Below, in pieces: positions 9,067 to 19,029 of a stretch of 36,749 bases of DNA. Each line of letters starts with the position of its first letter. Positions within the stretch are counted from its first letter, which is position 1. The stretch comes from a virus (Duplodnaviria; Caudoviricetes). The stretch lies in IMG/VR virus record IMGVR_UViG_3300020045_003121, positions 1 to 36,749 of that record; one strand, 5' to 3'. The position numbers and the translations under genes were made by a program. The notes beneath the pieces are model-generated. The model did no database searches and was not told the DNA's origin. It was given only the letters and a program-made list of their open reading frames with translations.

Positions 9067-10628
9067 TGCGTAGACCATCACGCAATAAGGCACAACAAAA
9101 GCAGCAAGTGAGCCAGTTTTTCAGCTATCAAGCTCCTGTTGGCGGCTGGAATGCTTACAATGCTTTGGCAGATATGAAGCCAAGCGAGGCGGTTTGGCTG
9201 GATAACTGGTACCCAAATCCAAGCTATGTAGAAATACGAGGCGGCAGCGCTTCACACGCAACAGGCATGACCGGCACCGGCAAGACGCTTGTTGTTTATA
9301 ACGGCATTGCCGGCACTAGCAAAATGTTTTGCTCCACGGCATCAGGTGTTTACGATGTTAGCTCGGCTGGCGCAGTAGGTGCTTCTGTAGCATCTAGAAC
9401 CAGCGGAAAGCATCAATCGTTAATGTTTGGTGACGGCACGAATAATTACTTAATCATGTGCAACGGCGTCGATAAACCTTTGTACTATGACGGATCAACC
9501 TGGTTAGCAGTAGACGGCGCAACAAGCCCGGCGCTAACTGGCGTAACAACGACTAAATTAATCAGCCCTATCTCTCACAAAGGTCGGTTAATGTTCATCG
9601 AAAAAGATACTTTGAAGTTTTGGTATCTAGCGGCAGGGGCGGCGGGTGGCGCATTAACGGCATTTGACTTGGCAGGCGTGGCGCAAAAAGGCGGTTTTTT
9701 GGTAGCGGCTGAGTCGTGGACGGTTGACGCTGGCAATGGGCCAGATGATCGAATGGTTTTCATCACTAGCGAAGGCGAAGTAATAGTCTACCAAGGTACA
9801 AATCCTTCAAGCTCTACCACCTGGAGCCTAGTCGGTGTTTACGCTATCAGCGAACCTTTGGGCTATAACTGTATTTTCCGTTATGGCTCTGAGCTGATGT
9901 TTTTGACTAAACAAGGCGCTTATCCTTTGTCTACTGTCTGGAATAGTTCAGGCATGGATTTTAGCAAAGCAGCCACGCACAAAATACAAAGCGCGTTTAA
10001 CGAATCTGCTACTACATATGGCAGCATTTACGGATGGAAGGCCATATCTTACCCGGCGCAATCTGCGGTTCTGGTAAATGTACCGCTAGCAGAAGATGGC
10101 AAACATTATCAGTACGTAATGAATACTATCAATAATTCTTGGTGTCGCTTCATTGGCTGGGATGCCGAGGACTTTGCCCTGTTCAATGGCGAGCTGTACT
10201 ATTGCCAAAGCACTAAAGTCATCAAGGCGTGGACAGGCACAAGTGACCAAGGGAGCAACATTGAGGCCTATGGCAAGCCAGCATTTTCTTATTTTGGCAG
10301 TCGAGGACAGCAAAAAGACTTCAAGATGTTTCGCCCTGTATTGTCGGTTAATGGCTCAATCAATTTCTTGATCGATTTGGATGTAGACTTCGAGGATCAG
10401 GAAATTATAGGTACTGCTACGTATAGCGTTTTATCATCCGGCACCTGGGACGTATCAAATTGGGATGAAGCCTCTTGGGAGTCTGGTTTAAGGATCGTCA
10501 AAGACTGGCAAACGCCTAATGCCTGGACTGGGTATGCAGCGACAGGAAAAATCAAGGTTGCGACTAACTCGCTTAATGTTCAATGGATGAGTTCTGATTA
10601 CGTGTTCGAGGCCGGAAATGGCTTATAA
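9066..10628 (+). CDS. Tail nozzle / tail tubular protein B (P22 gp10-like)
   Basis: About 520 aa, beta-propeller-like W/G-rich sequence ('APVGGWN...LDNWYP'). ATG 9066 overlaps the upstream stop (TAATG). Confidence 0.7.
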   Translation: MRRPSRNKAQQKQQVSQFFSYQAPVGGWNAYNALADMKPSEAVWLDNWYPNPSYVEIRGGSASHATGMTGTGKTLVVYNGIAGTSKMFCSTASGVYDVSSAGAVGASVASRTSGKHQSLMFGDGTNNYLIMCNGVDKPLYYDGSTWLAVDGATSPALTGVTTTKLISPISHKGRLMFIEKDTLKFWYLAAGAAGGALTAFDLAGVAQKGGFLVAAESWTVDAGNGPDDRMVFITSEGEVIVYQGTNPSSSTTWSLVGVYAISEPLGYNCIFRYGSELMFLTKQGAYPLSTVWNSSGMDFSKAATHKIQSAFNESATTYGSIYGWKAISYPAQSAVLVNVPLAEDGKHYQYVMNTINNSWCRFIGWDAEDFALFNGELYYCQSTKVIKAWTGTSDQGSNIEAYGKPAFSYFGSRGQQKDFKMFRPVLSVNGSINFLIDLDVDFEDQEIIGTATYSVLSSGTWDVSNWDEASWESGLRIVKDWQTPNAWTGYAATGKIKVATNSLNVQWMSSDYVFEAGNGL

Positions 10629-11034
10629 AATCATAGACCGAGACTTGGATCGCTGCCAAGACTGGCTTGGCGATAGAACTAACGGTGTCGGCTATGACAT
10701 GATCCAAGCGATTGGCCTTGAAAAAGACGGCGAACTAGTGGCGGTCACTGGCTATAACAATTTCACGACTAAGGCGTGTCATGTGCATTTTGCCATTGAT
10801 AAAGGGATTTATCCTACTCGTCAATTCATTTGGTTTGTGCATTACTACCCTTTTTTCCAGGCGGGAATTGATGTGTTAATTGGCATGGTTTCAACGGCTA
10901 ATAGCGCGATAGTCAACCTTACTAAGCGACTAGGCTACACAGAGCAATGCAGAATTGCTGATGCAGGCTTAATCGTAACGACACTTAACAAAACAGATTG
11001 CAGATTTTTGGAGTTAAAATATGGGCGGAAGTGA
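10618..11034 (+). CDS. GNAT-fold protein of the tail/ejectosome module
   Basis: 'NSAIVNLTKRLGYTEQCRI' fits the GNAT N...LG[FY] motif, in the usual position before ejection proteins. Confidence 0.6.
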   Translation: MAYKIIDRDLDRCQDWLGDRTNGVGYDMIQAIGLEKDGELVAVTGYNNFTTKACHVHFAIDKGIYPTRQFIWFVHYYPFFQAGIDVLIGMVSTANSAIVNLTKRLGYTEQCRIADAGLIVTTLNKTDCRFLELKYGRK

Positions 11035-11860
11035 TGCACCAGCAGCGCCGGATTATGTCGGCGCGGCTAACGCACAAGGGCAGGCTAATTTGCAAGCTGC
11101 ACAAGCAACGGGCCGGATTAATAACCCCAACGTAGTCAACCCATACGGCACACAAAACGTAACATGGGTTGGCGACCAGCCGACGATTACCCAAAAGCTT
11201 GACCCAGCGCAGCAGGCGATTTTAGACAGCCAGAACAAGGCTAAGCAACTAGGATCTGATGCGGCTATCAATTCAGCGAATCAGGTTAAAGCTGCAACGG
11301 GATCAGCACTAGACTTTTCTAATCTACCCGGTGCTCCACAATCATCAGGACAGCGCAGGGATGATGTTGTCAACGCCATGATGGCGCGTGTTGACAGTGA
11401 CACAGCAGGCCAGCGAGACGCCAAGAACAGCGAATTAATTGCGGCAGGGATTAGGCCGGGAACTGCGGCATATTCGACAGCCATGGGGCAGATTGATCGA
11501 CAATACAACGATGCAAGAAACAATGCGCTGTTGGCTGGTGGTCAAGAAGCGACGCGCGATTTCGGCATGGATCAATCTACACGGCAACAATCGATTGCAG
11601 AGATATTACAACAGCGTCAGACGCCGCTTAATGAGCTTAACGCCTTGGTGACTGGCTCGCAGGTTAGCAATCCGTTTGCCAGCGGCTTAGGTTATCAAGC
11701 TGGGGCCAATGTAGGCGCAGCGCCAATAGCTAACGCGATTACATCACAAGGCCAGGCGCAGCAAAACATTTATAACCAACAGCAGGCGCAGTACAACGGC
11801 AATATCAATGCCGGGGCTGGTTTGATTGGTTCGATTGGTAGCGCTGCATTGAGCCGATAA
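11021..11860 (+). CDS. Internal virion (DNA ejection) protein
   Basis: 'MGGSDAPAAPDY' start, Q/A/N-rich, Gly-rich hydrophobic C-terminus. Confidence 0.65.
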   Translation: MGGSDAPAAPDYVGAANAQGQANLQAAQATGRINNPNVVNPYGTQNVTWVGDQPTITQKLDPAQQAILDSQNKAKQLGSDAAINSANQVKAATGSALDFSNLPGAPQSSGQRRDDVVNAMMARVDSDTAGQRDAKNSELIAAGIRPGTAAYSTAMGQIDRQYNDARNNALLAGGQEATRDFGMDQSTRQQSIAEILQQRQTPLNELNALVTGSQVSNPFASGLGYQAGANVGAAPIANAITSQGQAQQNIYNQQQAQYNGNINAGAGLIGSIGSAALSR

Positions 11861-12756
11861 TGATTACTAAGCCAAAACAAATAAACTACGGTGACTGGCA
11901 GACAATGCCAGATTACCGGGAAGGCTGGGTTGATCCGCACGGTAGCGGTGTCGGTGCGCTATTAAAAGCGGTTGACGTTGGCGGCTATATTCCAGGCCTT
12001 AAAGTACTACATAACGCTGTTGATGATGCTACTACGCAGAATTTAAGCACGGCAAACGCGGCTTTATCGCCCGTTGTTAAAGGCATAAACGCGGGGCTTG
12101 ATGTAGTTGATCCCGCGGCGAAGTGGCTTAAAAAGAATACGTATGCTGGCGAGATTAACAACTTTGTCGAGAACAAACCGGCAGACACGCTAGGCATCAT
12201 AGCGGCAACATTTTTTACCGCGGGTGCAGCAGGTGGCGCGGCGGCTGGTGCTGGTGAAGGCGCTGGGGCTGCTACAGGTATCGGTGCGGGTAGTTCGGCG
12301 GCAGGATCGGCGGCAATTACTCCAGCATTTGGCAGTACGGCGGCGGGTGCTGGCGCAGGCGTTACGGCTGGTGCTGGTGCTGGTGCGATTACTCCGGCGT
12401 TTGGTGCTGCTGGCTTATCCATTGCGCCTGAAGTTGCTGCAGCTGGTGGCCTTGGTGCTGCGGGTACTGCTGCGGCTGGATCGATGCTAACGCCTGCTTT
12501 TGCTTCTTGGGGGGGCGCTGGCACGGGTAGCGGATTATTGAGCCAGGCTAAAGACCTATATGGCAAATACAAAAAGATCGACCAATACAGAAGCAACATA
12601 GATACCTTTGCCAAAAACCAACCAAACGAGCAGGCCAGAATGGATGCACAAGCAGGGCAACTAGCTGAGCGTATCATCCAGCAAGAACCAGCAAGCGACT
12701 ACAAAAAGAAAGTAGCCAATCAAATTATGATGAACAAGTTCGGGATGCGTAAATGA
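11860..12756 (+). CDS. Internal virion protein with long Gly/Ala membrane-active region
   Basis: About 110-aa uncharged G/A stretch, located within the ejection cluster. Confidence 0.55.
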   Translation: MITKPKQINYGDWQTMPDYREGWVDPHGSGVGALLKAVDVGGYIPGLKVLHNAVDDATTQNLSTANAALSPVVKGINAGLDVVDPAAKWLKKNTYAGEINNFVENKPADTLGIIAATFFTAGAAGGAAAGAGEGAGAATGIGAGSSAAGSAAITPAFGSTAAGAGAGVTAGAGAGAITPAFGAAGLSIAPEVAAAGGLGAAGTAAAGSMLTPAFASWGGAGTGSGLLSQAKDLYGKYKKIDQYRSNIDTFAKNQPNEQARMDAQAGQLAERIIQQEPASDYKKKVANQIMMNKFGMRK

Positions 12757-13934
12757 GCTTAGATGAAGAACAAGCAGCAATACAACGCAGACAGCGAATA
12801 GCCGAAGCGCTGATGCAACAAGGACAAATGCCGCTAGAGACTAATCAAGTCGCGGGTGGCTATGTTGTGCCGGTGTCGCCTTTGGCTGGTGTGGCTAAGG
12901 TAGCGCAATCTTTGGCCGGGGCTTATATGAATAAACAGGCAGACCAAGAGCAATCAAGTCTAAGGGATAAGAAGTTGGCAAAGCTTGTTGAAGCCACTCA
13001 GGGCGGCAATCTTGATTATGGAAAGCTTGCTGAATCTGGCGTAGACACTGGATCTATTGCAAAAATAATTGTTGATCGACAAAGTAAGGCTAATGACTTA
13101 GAAAACAAGCTAAACGAGAAAAAGCTTGAATTATCATTGCCAACAAATGACATGCGAAACGCCACCTGGGCTGCAAACGGCGACGAAGCGCGGGCCAGGG
13201 ATATAATCGCCAATAAACTGCAAAACCCTATACCTATGCTTAGTTATCAGCTACAAGCCAATAACGCAGCGGCAAATCAAGACATTCAAAAGCAGCAGCT
13301 TGATATTCGGCGGCAAGAAATTGCTCAAAAATCCGGGCCAAGTGAGTGGCAGCAATTCCAGATTCAGCAGCAAGAAGATAAGAAAGCGCTTGCTGATGCT
13401 GAAAAGCAAAAATTAATAAAAAATCAGTCTTTAGACGCCCAAAAGGTTTTGGATCAAGCGGAAAAACTATACAACCATCCAGGCAGAAAAATAGGCACAG
13501 GCGCTTCAAGCTGGACTGGAATTATTCCAGGCACAGAAGCCAAAGGTTTTCAGGCTAATTTAGACACATTTAAAGCTGAAACTTTTGTACCTATGGTATC
13601 GGCATTAAAAGGGATGGGGGCTTTATCTGATGCAGAAGGTAAAAAGCTGACTGAATCGGTAGGCGCTTTAAATCCTGCAATGCCTGAAAAAGATTTTGAA
13701 AACTCTTTGAAAGAAATAACCAATTACTTATATCGCAAGGCTGCAATTAATGGATTAAATGTTAGTTTGCCAAGTTTTGCCGGAAACAACGTCAATATTG
13801 ATATTCAGCATCCAGAGAATCTAACGGAAGAAGATAAAGCAAAAATAGAGTCAGAACTATCAAAAGATCAAGGGCTAAGCCCACAAGAGCAGCAAGAACT
13901 TGAAGCGCTCCGCGCAAGGTTCGGTAAAAAATGA
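12753..13934 (+). CDS. Internal virion (ejection) protein, gp20-like
   Basis: Helical Q/K/E-rich sequence with 'LKGMGALSDAEGKKL'. Position in the ejection cluster. Confidence 0.6.
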   Translation: MSLDEEQAAIQRRQRIAEALMQQGQMPLETNQVAGGYVVPVSPLAGVAKVAQSLAGAYMNKQADQEQSSLRDKKLAKLVEATQGGNLDYGKLAESGVDTGSIAKIIVDRQSKANDLENKLNEKKLELSLPTNDMRNATWAANGDEARARDIIANKLQNPIPMLSYQLQANNAAANQDIQKQQLDIRRQEIAQKSGPSEWQQFQIQQQEDKKALADAEKQKLIKNQSLDAQKVLDQAEKLYNHPGRKIGTGASSWTGIIPGTEAKGFQANLDTFKAETFVPMVSALKGMGALSDAEGKKLTESVGALNPAMPEKDFENSLKEITNYLYRKAAINGLNVSLPSFAGNNVNIDIQHPENLTEEDKAKIESELSKDQGLSPQEQQELEALRARFGKK

Positions 13935-15529
13935 CGCCACAAGAAGAATTGGCAGCGCTTAGAAGATTGGCAGAGCTTGAAGCCAAGGCAGGCAGGCAGC
14001 AGCAAGAAATAGCTACGCCACAAGACGAAGGCAATCCAGTTTTAAACGCATTACGAGGATTTTCAGCGCGTGGTAATCAAGCCATGAACGCATTAAACCC
14101 ACTAGCAAGCGACGAAAGCAATCAACGCATTGCAGCGGAACAAGAGTGGGTAAAACAGAATAAAGGCGCTGAGACTGGATCTATTTTGGCGGATATGTTA
14201 ATCACGGCACCTGCTGGTGGTATATCTGGCGCAATCCCTAGAATATTAGCCACAGGTTACACCGAAGGTTTAACGCATAACGGAAACCTAGAGGAGAAAC
14301 TGTCTGAAATGGGCTATGGCTCGTTAGGCGCTGGTCTTGGCGAGGGAGCAGCCAAGGTTATAGGCTATTTAGCGCAGCCATTCAAAAAACCAGTTGGAAG
14401 CGCAGTGGATGCGGTTACAGAATCTTTGCGTACAAAAGCTAAAAGTATCGGCATACCGCTAAGCGCAGCACAGGAAACCGGCAATAAAACGCTGATGGCC
14501 GTTGATAAACAACTTGGAGTATTGCCTTCATCATCAGAATTTCAAGGCGCACAGAAAGAATTGCAGCGTCTTAAATGGCAAGAAGCGTTATTCAAGCAAG
14601 GTGGCGAAGATGCGAACATGGCAACGCCTGAAGTAATGGGTAATATGTCAAAGCGTATCAGTGACGTTTATAAAGACGTTGCAGGCAGGAATAGCATTGT
14701 TGTTGACGGTCAGTTGAAAACAGAATTGGCTGATATTGAAAACAAGTATCTGGAAGTAATACCAACTAACCAAAAAGGCATTATTAAAAAGTATTTAAAA
14801 GATTTTGGAACTGCACCAGAAAATGCACAGATTAAAGGCGAAACTTATCAAAGTATTCGTTCAATGTTAGACAGGCAAGCGAAAGGATTTAAAAATTCAG
14901 ATCCAGCCACGTCAGACGCATTGAAAGAAATTAGAAAATCTGTTGATTCAGCGATGGAGCGTAGCCTAGTTGGGCCAAATCCTAATGCACTGCCAAACGC
15001 TAACGGCGCAGATGATTTAGCAGCATGGAAGAAAGCCAATAATGATTGGGCCGTGATGAAATCGATTGAAAAAGGCGTAGACCCAGAAACAGCGACTATT
15101 AAGCCTAATTTATTACTTAACGGGTTGAAGATGCGCGACCCAGCCAGAGTTATTTATGGCAGAGGCGACCAAGAATTAAATCAACTCGCAAAAGTAGGTA
15201 AGGCATTTATCCCAGAAAAAGCAGCTGATTCTGGAACAGCGATTAACTCGGCCATTATAAAGGCTTTGACGGGTAGTGGGATTGTTGGCCTATCTGGCGC
15301 TGATTATGCGGCCAATAAAGACCCGCTAGAATCTTTAGCACTAGGCGGCGCTAGTCTAGGATTAGCAACACTAGGCCCAAAGGCAGCAGCAAAAGCCATG
15401 TGGAAGAATAATGGATACTTGTCGAAAGGATTAGCAGACCTATCCACAGAAGTAATTCCCGGATTGACCAGACAAAAAATAATATCCGAGATATTGCGGA
15501 ACGCGGGTACGCAAATTTCACAGGATTAA
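13931..15529 (+). CDS. Internal virion (ejection) protein, gp16-like
   Basis: Largest helical ORF of the cluster, with 'DSGTA' and Gly-rich hydrophobic segments. Confidence 0.6.
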   Translation: MTPQEELAALRRLAELEAKAGRQQQEIATPQDEGNPVLNALRGFSARGNQAMNALNPLASDESNQRIAAEQEWVKQNKGAETGSILADMLITAPAGGISGAIPRILATGYTEGLTHNGNLEEKLSEMGYGSLGAGLGEGAAKVIGYLAQPFKKPVGSAVDAVTESLRTKAKSIGIPLSAAQETGNKTLMAVDKQLGVLPSSSEFQGAQKELQRLKWQEALFKQGGEDANMATPEVMGNMSKRISDVYKDVAGRNSIVVDGQLKTELADIENKYLEVIPTNQKGIIKKYLKDFGTAPENAQIKGETYQSIRSMLDRQAKGFKNSDPATSDALKEIRKSVDSAMERSLVGPNPNALPNANGADDLAAWKKANNDWAVMKSIEKGVDPETATIKPNLLLNGLKMRDPARVIYGRGDQELNQLAKVGKAFIPEKAADSGTAINSAIIKALTGSGIVGLSGADYAANKDPLESLALGGASLGLATLGPKAAAKAMWKNNGYLSKGLADLSTEVIPGLTRQKIISEILRNAGTQISQD

Positions 15530-15547
15530 TATATTAATTGTATGCAA

Positions 15548-15562
15548 TGTTATAATGTAACA
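15548..15562 (+). promoter_or_regulatory. Extended -10 promoter / palindromic site upstream of the tail fibre gene
   Basis: TGTTATAATGTAACA, 14/15 identical to 5792-5806. Confidence 0.55.
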
Positions 15563-15581
15563 ACTCAACAGGATTGATGAT

Positions 15582-16379
15582 ATGGCTAGAAACGGTTCAG
15601 GCACATTCACGCCGCCAGGCTCAAGTTTTCCAGCGGTGGCGAGTACTTTAATTGAAAGCGCTAAGTTTAACAATGTCATAAACGATATTAGCTCGGCTGT
15701 TACTGCTTCTATTGCCAATGACGGGCAAACGCCGATACTAGCCAATTTGCCCATGAACGGCTTTAAGCATACAGGTGTGGCGGCTGCTTCGGCTTCTGGT
15801 CAATATGTCGAGTACGCTCAAAACGTGGCGTTATTAGCGGCAAAGGCCGACTCATCTGCTTTATCGGCAAAAGCTAATGCTGGCGCGAATACGGACATTA
15901 CCAGCTTACAAAGCACTTGCACGGTAACGACACAAGCGGCAGGCAATAACAGCACTCGCATAGCATCAACGGCTTTTGTGGCAACCAGCTTTGCACCTTT
16001 AGCAAGTCCGGCATTAACCGGCAATCCTACCGCGCCAACGCCAGCGGCAACCGATAATGATACTTCGATAGCCACAACTGCCTTTGTCAACAATTTTGAA
16101 AACGATCAGGCGTGGACTGACTTAACCGGCACAAGGCTAAACAATACTACCTACACCAACAGCACAGGCAGGCCAATCACTATCCGCGTTGGATCATCAT
16201 CAGTTGCGCTGAGCGTTATTAGCATTATATTTACCCTGGATGGGGTCGCAATGCCAGGCTCAGTAGTTTACGCGCACGGTACAGGCTACACGCATATTGA
16301 TACGCTGATAGTGCCAAACGGCTCGACTTACAAAGCTGTTGCGACGCTGGGCATTTCTAGCTGGTGGGAGTACAGCTAA
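15582..16379 (+). CDS. Tail fibre protein
   Basis: 'MARNGSGTF...' N-terminal anchor, 'GANTDITSL', and the fibre repeats 'FAPLASPALTGNPTAPT' and 'IATTAFV'. Confidence 0.8.
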   Translation: MARNGSGTFTPPGSSFPAVASTLIESAKFNNVINDISSAVTASIANDGQTPILANLPMNGFKHTGVAAASASGQYVEYAQNVALLAAKADSSALSAKANAGANTDITSLQSTCTVTTQAAGNNSTRIASTAFVATSFAPLASPALTGNPTAPTPAATDNDTSIATTAFVNNFENDQAWTDLTGTRLNNTTYTNSTGRPITIRVGSSSVALSVISIIFTLDGVAMPGSVVYAHGTGYTHIDTLIVPNGSTYKAVATLGISSWWEYS

Positions 16380-16648
16380 TGGCTGAAATTTTACCTAAAC
16401 TAACCAATTACCTTGCCGCTCAGAAATGGATAAGCATGGGCGCTGCTGACTTGGATGCTGAGTACGCCAAGTTATCAGACCAAGAAAAGCTAACCATAGT
16501 CAGTTCGTTGATTAACAACGACGACAGGGCTAAAGAGCTGATTAAACAAAAACTAGACCCACCGGTACAAGCGTGGGCCGCGCAACAAGCGCAAGCATAC
16601 ATCGATGCTGACTCTATCCCCGTCAGTGTAATAGCAAACATTTTTTAA
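16379..16648 (+). CDS. Hypothetical protein (possible fibre chaperone)
   Basis: ATG overlaps the tail fibre stop (TAATG). Confidence 0.5.
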   Translation: MAEILPKLTNYLAAQKWISMGAADLDAEYAKLSDQEKLTIVSSLINNDDRAKELIKQKLDPPVQAWAAQQAQAYIDADSIPVSVIANIF

Positions 16649-16658
16649 GGTTAAAGAC

Positions 16659-17993
16659 ATGACAGGATACAGAGATACAGTAACTGCGGCTAATGAGTCA
16701 AAAAAAGACTCACCAAGTCTTATGAATCAATTAGTTACTATCGCCATTGGTAACAGCATCACTAATACGTCACGCTATGATTCTGCTGGGGCAAACCTTG
16801 GCATAACATCACGATCAGAAATACACCGCTCTAATGCACTTTGCGGCGGCACAGTGCCTATGCGTTTCAAAATTGTCACCCCGGTTGACGGCTCGCCATC
16901 TGGGCATTGCGATAAGTACAGCATTTATGGTTATTCAAGCAAACGCTCTGATGAGATGTGGGCAGACTTAGCGACTACATTACTCGCACCAATGGACGCT
17001 GCAGGTGTTGTTCCTGATTTAGTTGTACTTCATTCTCTGTTTGAAAATGATTTGATGCAGGTCAATGGCACGACAATTACATCAGAAACAATCATTGCAA
17101 CGCTTGAAAAGTTCATCCGACTGACAAAAAACAAGTGGCCTGGTGCGATTATTCACTTGGTTTGTCCAAGGCCGAATAACAGTTATACAGACTACGGCGC
17201 TTATTTTGCGGTTAGAGATTATTGTTTAAGCCTTGACGATGGCTATTCTATTTTTGTTAGTAGGGCAGATGTTTACGAAGATAAGAAAAAGCCAGGCAAA
17301 GTAGCTGGCGGTTCTCCAGCATGGTCTGCTGACGGGGTTCACCCTTCAACTAGGGGCGCGATGGCACTTGCAAGGGTTCAAGCGTTAACATTGCTCAGAA
17401 TATCATCAGCATTTAAAGCGCTAGGAAAAACGGTATCAACTAACTTTACAATGGATGGCACCGCCACAATTACATCCGGCACAAACCAAAGCGGCACAAT
17501 GCCGACATCTGTAACGTATTCTGCACCAGGTTCTAACATCACGCTATCTACTAGAGTTGGCTCCGCTAATCAGCCAGGATTCCAGCTTGATTTCAATGTG
17601 CAAGGACAGGCGGGGCCAGCATCGATTGACATTGGTAACGCGAATATGAGCGCGGCAGACATTACCGGAGCAACACAGATAAGCGTATTTGCAACTATCA
17701 AGGTGTTATCTGGCGGCGCTAACTTGCGCGATATTGTAATGAAGCCACGTATTATAGACGGCGGTGGAACTCAGGCTATCGGAGCTGCTGGTACGCTGGG
17801 AATGTCGTCTACCACGGCAGATTTAGAGCCAGATTGGATTGATGGTGACATTTACATGATTAAGCATCCTCCTATCGTAGCTGTATCTGGCGCGTTGACG
17901 GGTGCGACTTGCTACATTTACCCGACAGTTAAAGCTGCTGGCGGCACTTGTTCGATTGAAATAGTTAGCTGGGGTGTCGAGGTGGTGTCGTGA
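16659..17993 (+). CDS. SGNH/GDSL-type esterase, probable tailspike-like protein
   Basis: IAIGNSIT (block I), LFENDL (block III) and DGVHP (block V), with a beta-rich C-terminal domain. Confidence 0.7.
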   Translation: MTGYRDTVTAANESKKDSPSLMNQLVTIAIGNSITNTSRYDSAGANLGITSRSEIHRSNALCGGTVPMRFKIVTPVDGSPSGHCDKYSIYGYSSKRSDEMWADLATTLLAPMDAAGVVPDLVVLHSLFENDLMQVNGTTITSETIIATLEKFIRLTKNKWPGAIIHLVCPRPNNSYTDYGAYFAVRDYCLSLDDGYSIFVSRADVYEDKKKPGKVAGGSPAWSADGVHPSTRGAMALARVQALTLLRISSAFKALGKTVSTNFTMDGTATITSGTNQSGTMPTSVTYSAPGSNITLSTRVGSANQPGFQLDFNVQGQAGPASIDIGNANMSAADITGATQISVFATIKVLSGGANLRDIVMKPRIIDGGGTQAIGAAGTLGMSSTTADLEPDWIDGDIYMIKHPPIVAVSGALTGATCYIYPTVKAAGGTCSIEIVSWGVEVVS

Positions 17994-18190
17994 TCGAATC
18001 AATCACAAACGTACTCAACCAGCTAACCGCCTTTAATATCGCAGCGGCGGCATACATTCCCAGCTTAATCGGCGTTTGTTCTGTTGTTGCCTCAATCTTG
18101 CCAAAGCAGGACGGCAACGGCTGGCTGTCAAAGGTTCACTGGATCATAAACCGGCTGGCGTTTAACGTCGGTCAAGCAGCAAACAAATAA
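17990..18190 (+). CDS. Small membrane protein (holin-like)
   Basis: Hydrophobic segment and 'INRLAFNVGQAANK' C-terminus, at the start of the lysis region. Confidence 0.45.
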   Translation: MIESITNVLNQLTAFNIAAAAYIPSLIGVCSVVASILPKQDGNGWLSKVHWIINRLAFNVGQAANK

Positions 18191-18191
18191 A

Positions 18192-18455
18192 ATGGAATTT
18201 AACGTGGATCAAAACCTGTTTAACGTCGGCGTTAGTGTGATTGGCGCTTTGGGTGGAATCATACTAAAAGCGGTATGGGATGCTGTCAAAGAGCTTCAAC
18301 AAGCCGACAAAGACTTAACTGAGAAGGTTCACAACTTGGACAAGATTGTCGCCGGTGATTATGTTCGCCGTGATTATCTTGACGCAAAAATGGACGCGCT
18401 ATTTAAAAAAATAGATTCGCTAGCAGAAAAGCTAGATCGGAAAGCAGACAAATGA
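18192..18455 (+). CDS. Single-TM coiled-coil protein (holin/antiholin-like)
   Basis: N-terminal TM helix and charged tail 'YVRRD...KLDRKADK'. Confidence 0.45.
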   Translation: MEFNVDQNLFNVGVSVIGALGGIILKAVWDAVKELQQADKDLTEKVHNLDKIVAGDYVRRDYLDAKMDALFKKIDSLAEKLDRKADK

Positions 18456-18534
18456 TAGACGCTATCAACGCACTCGCTGCAATGATAGCTATCTGTATGT
18501 TTTATTTATTGATCGTCTACTGTGGTTTTGGAGT

Positions 18535-19029
18535 GTGTCCGATATGATGTTTTTACGCTGGTTTTGCTGCTTACTTGTCCACATTGTCGCAATTGTCGCA
18601 AGGTATCCACTGGCGCCGATTGCGGTGATATTTTTCACGACTAACGATAAACGCGAATTGATTTTCCCGTTTCGCTGGCTTGGCACAATAGACAATGATT
18701 TGTCTGGCGATGCAGGCTGGCGTACTGAGCATATAACCGGCGACCCACTAAGTACATGGAACCGCATTAAGTGGCTGTGGCGCAACGGGGGCAATTCTCT
18801 TAACTTTGGATTACTGGGCGTTGAATATGACGCTTGGTTTTCTTTGAAAAATTGCAGAAAAGAAAATCAGGACGGATTCATCAAGCGCGGCGATGGCGCT
18901 TGGCAGTACCGGGCAAGAGTGTCTGTATTCGGCCGTGTGTGGACGCCTTACATTGGATGGGGGCTGTTTGGCCCGGTCAATGGCCGCTGTAAATTTACGG
19001 CAACCGTGCTGAGGTTTAATAAGCCATGA
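18535..19029 (+). CDS. Trp-rich membrane-associated hypothetical protein
   Basis: N-terminal TM helix, 'WLGTIDNDLSGDAGW...WLWRN'. Start codon uncertain. Confidence 0.55.
   Translation: MSDMMFLRWFCCLLVHIVAIVARYPLAPIAVIFFTTNDKRELIFPFRWLGTIDNDLSGDAGWRTEHITGDPLSTWNRIKWLWRNGGNSLNFGLLGVEYDAWFSLKNCRKENQDGFIKRGDGAWQYRARVSVFGRVWTPYIGWGLFGPVNGRCKFTATVLRFNKP

Noticed and set aside
11985-12677. 230-aa Pro/Ala-rich minus-strand ORF
   Set aside because: Antisense shadow of the Gly/Ala codons of the ejection protein.
15567-15579. TCAA-CAGGA-TTGA hairpin over the tail fibre SD as a CsrA site
   Set aside because: Weak AU stem, the loop is not ANGGA, and the GGA is explained by the SD itself.
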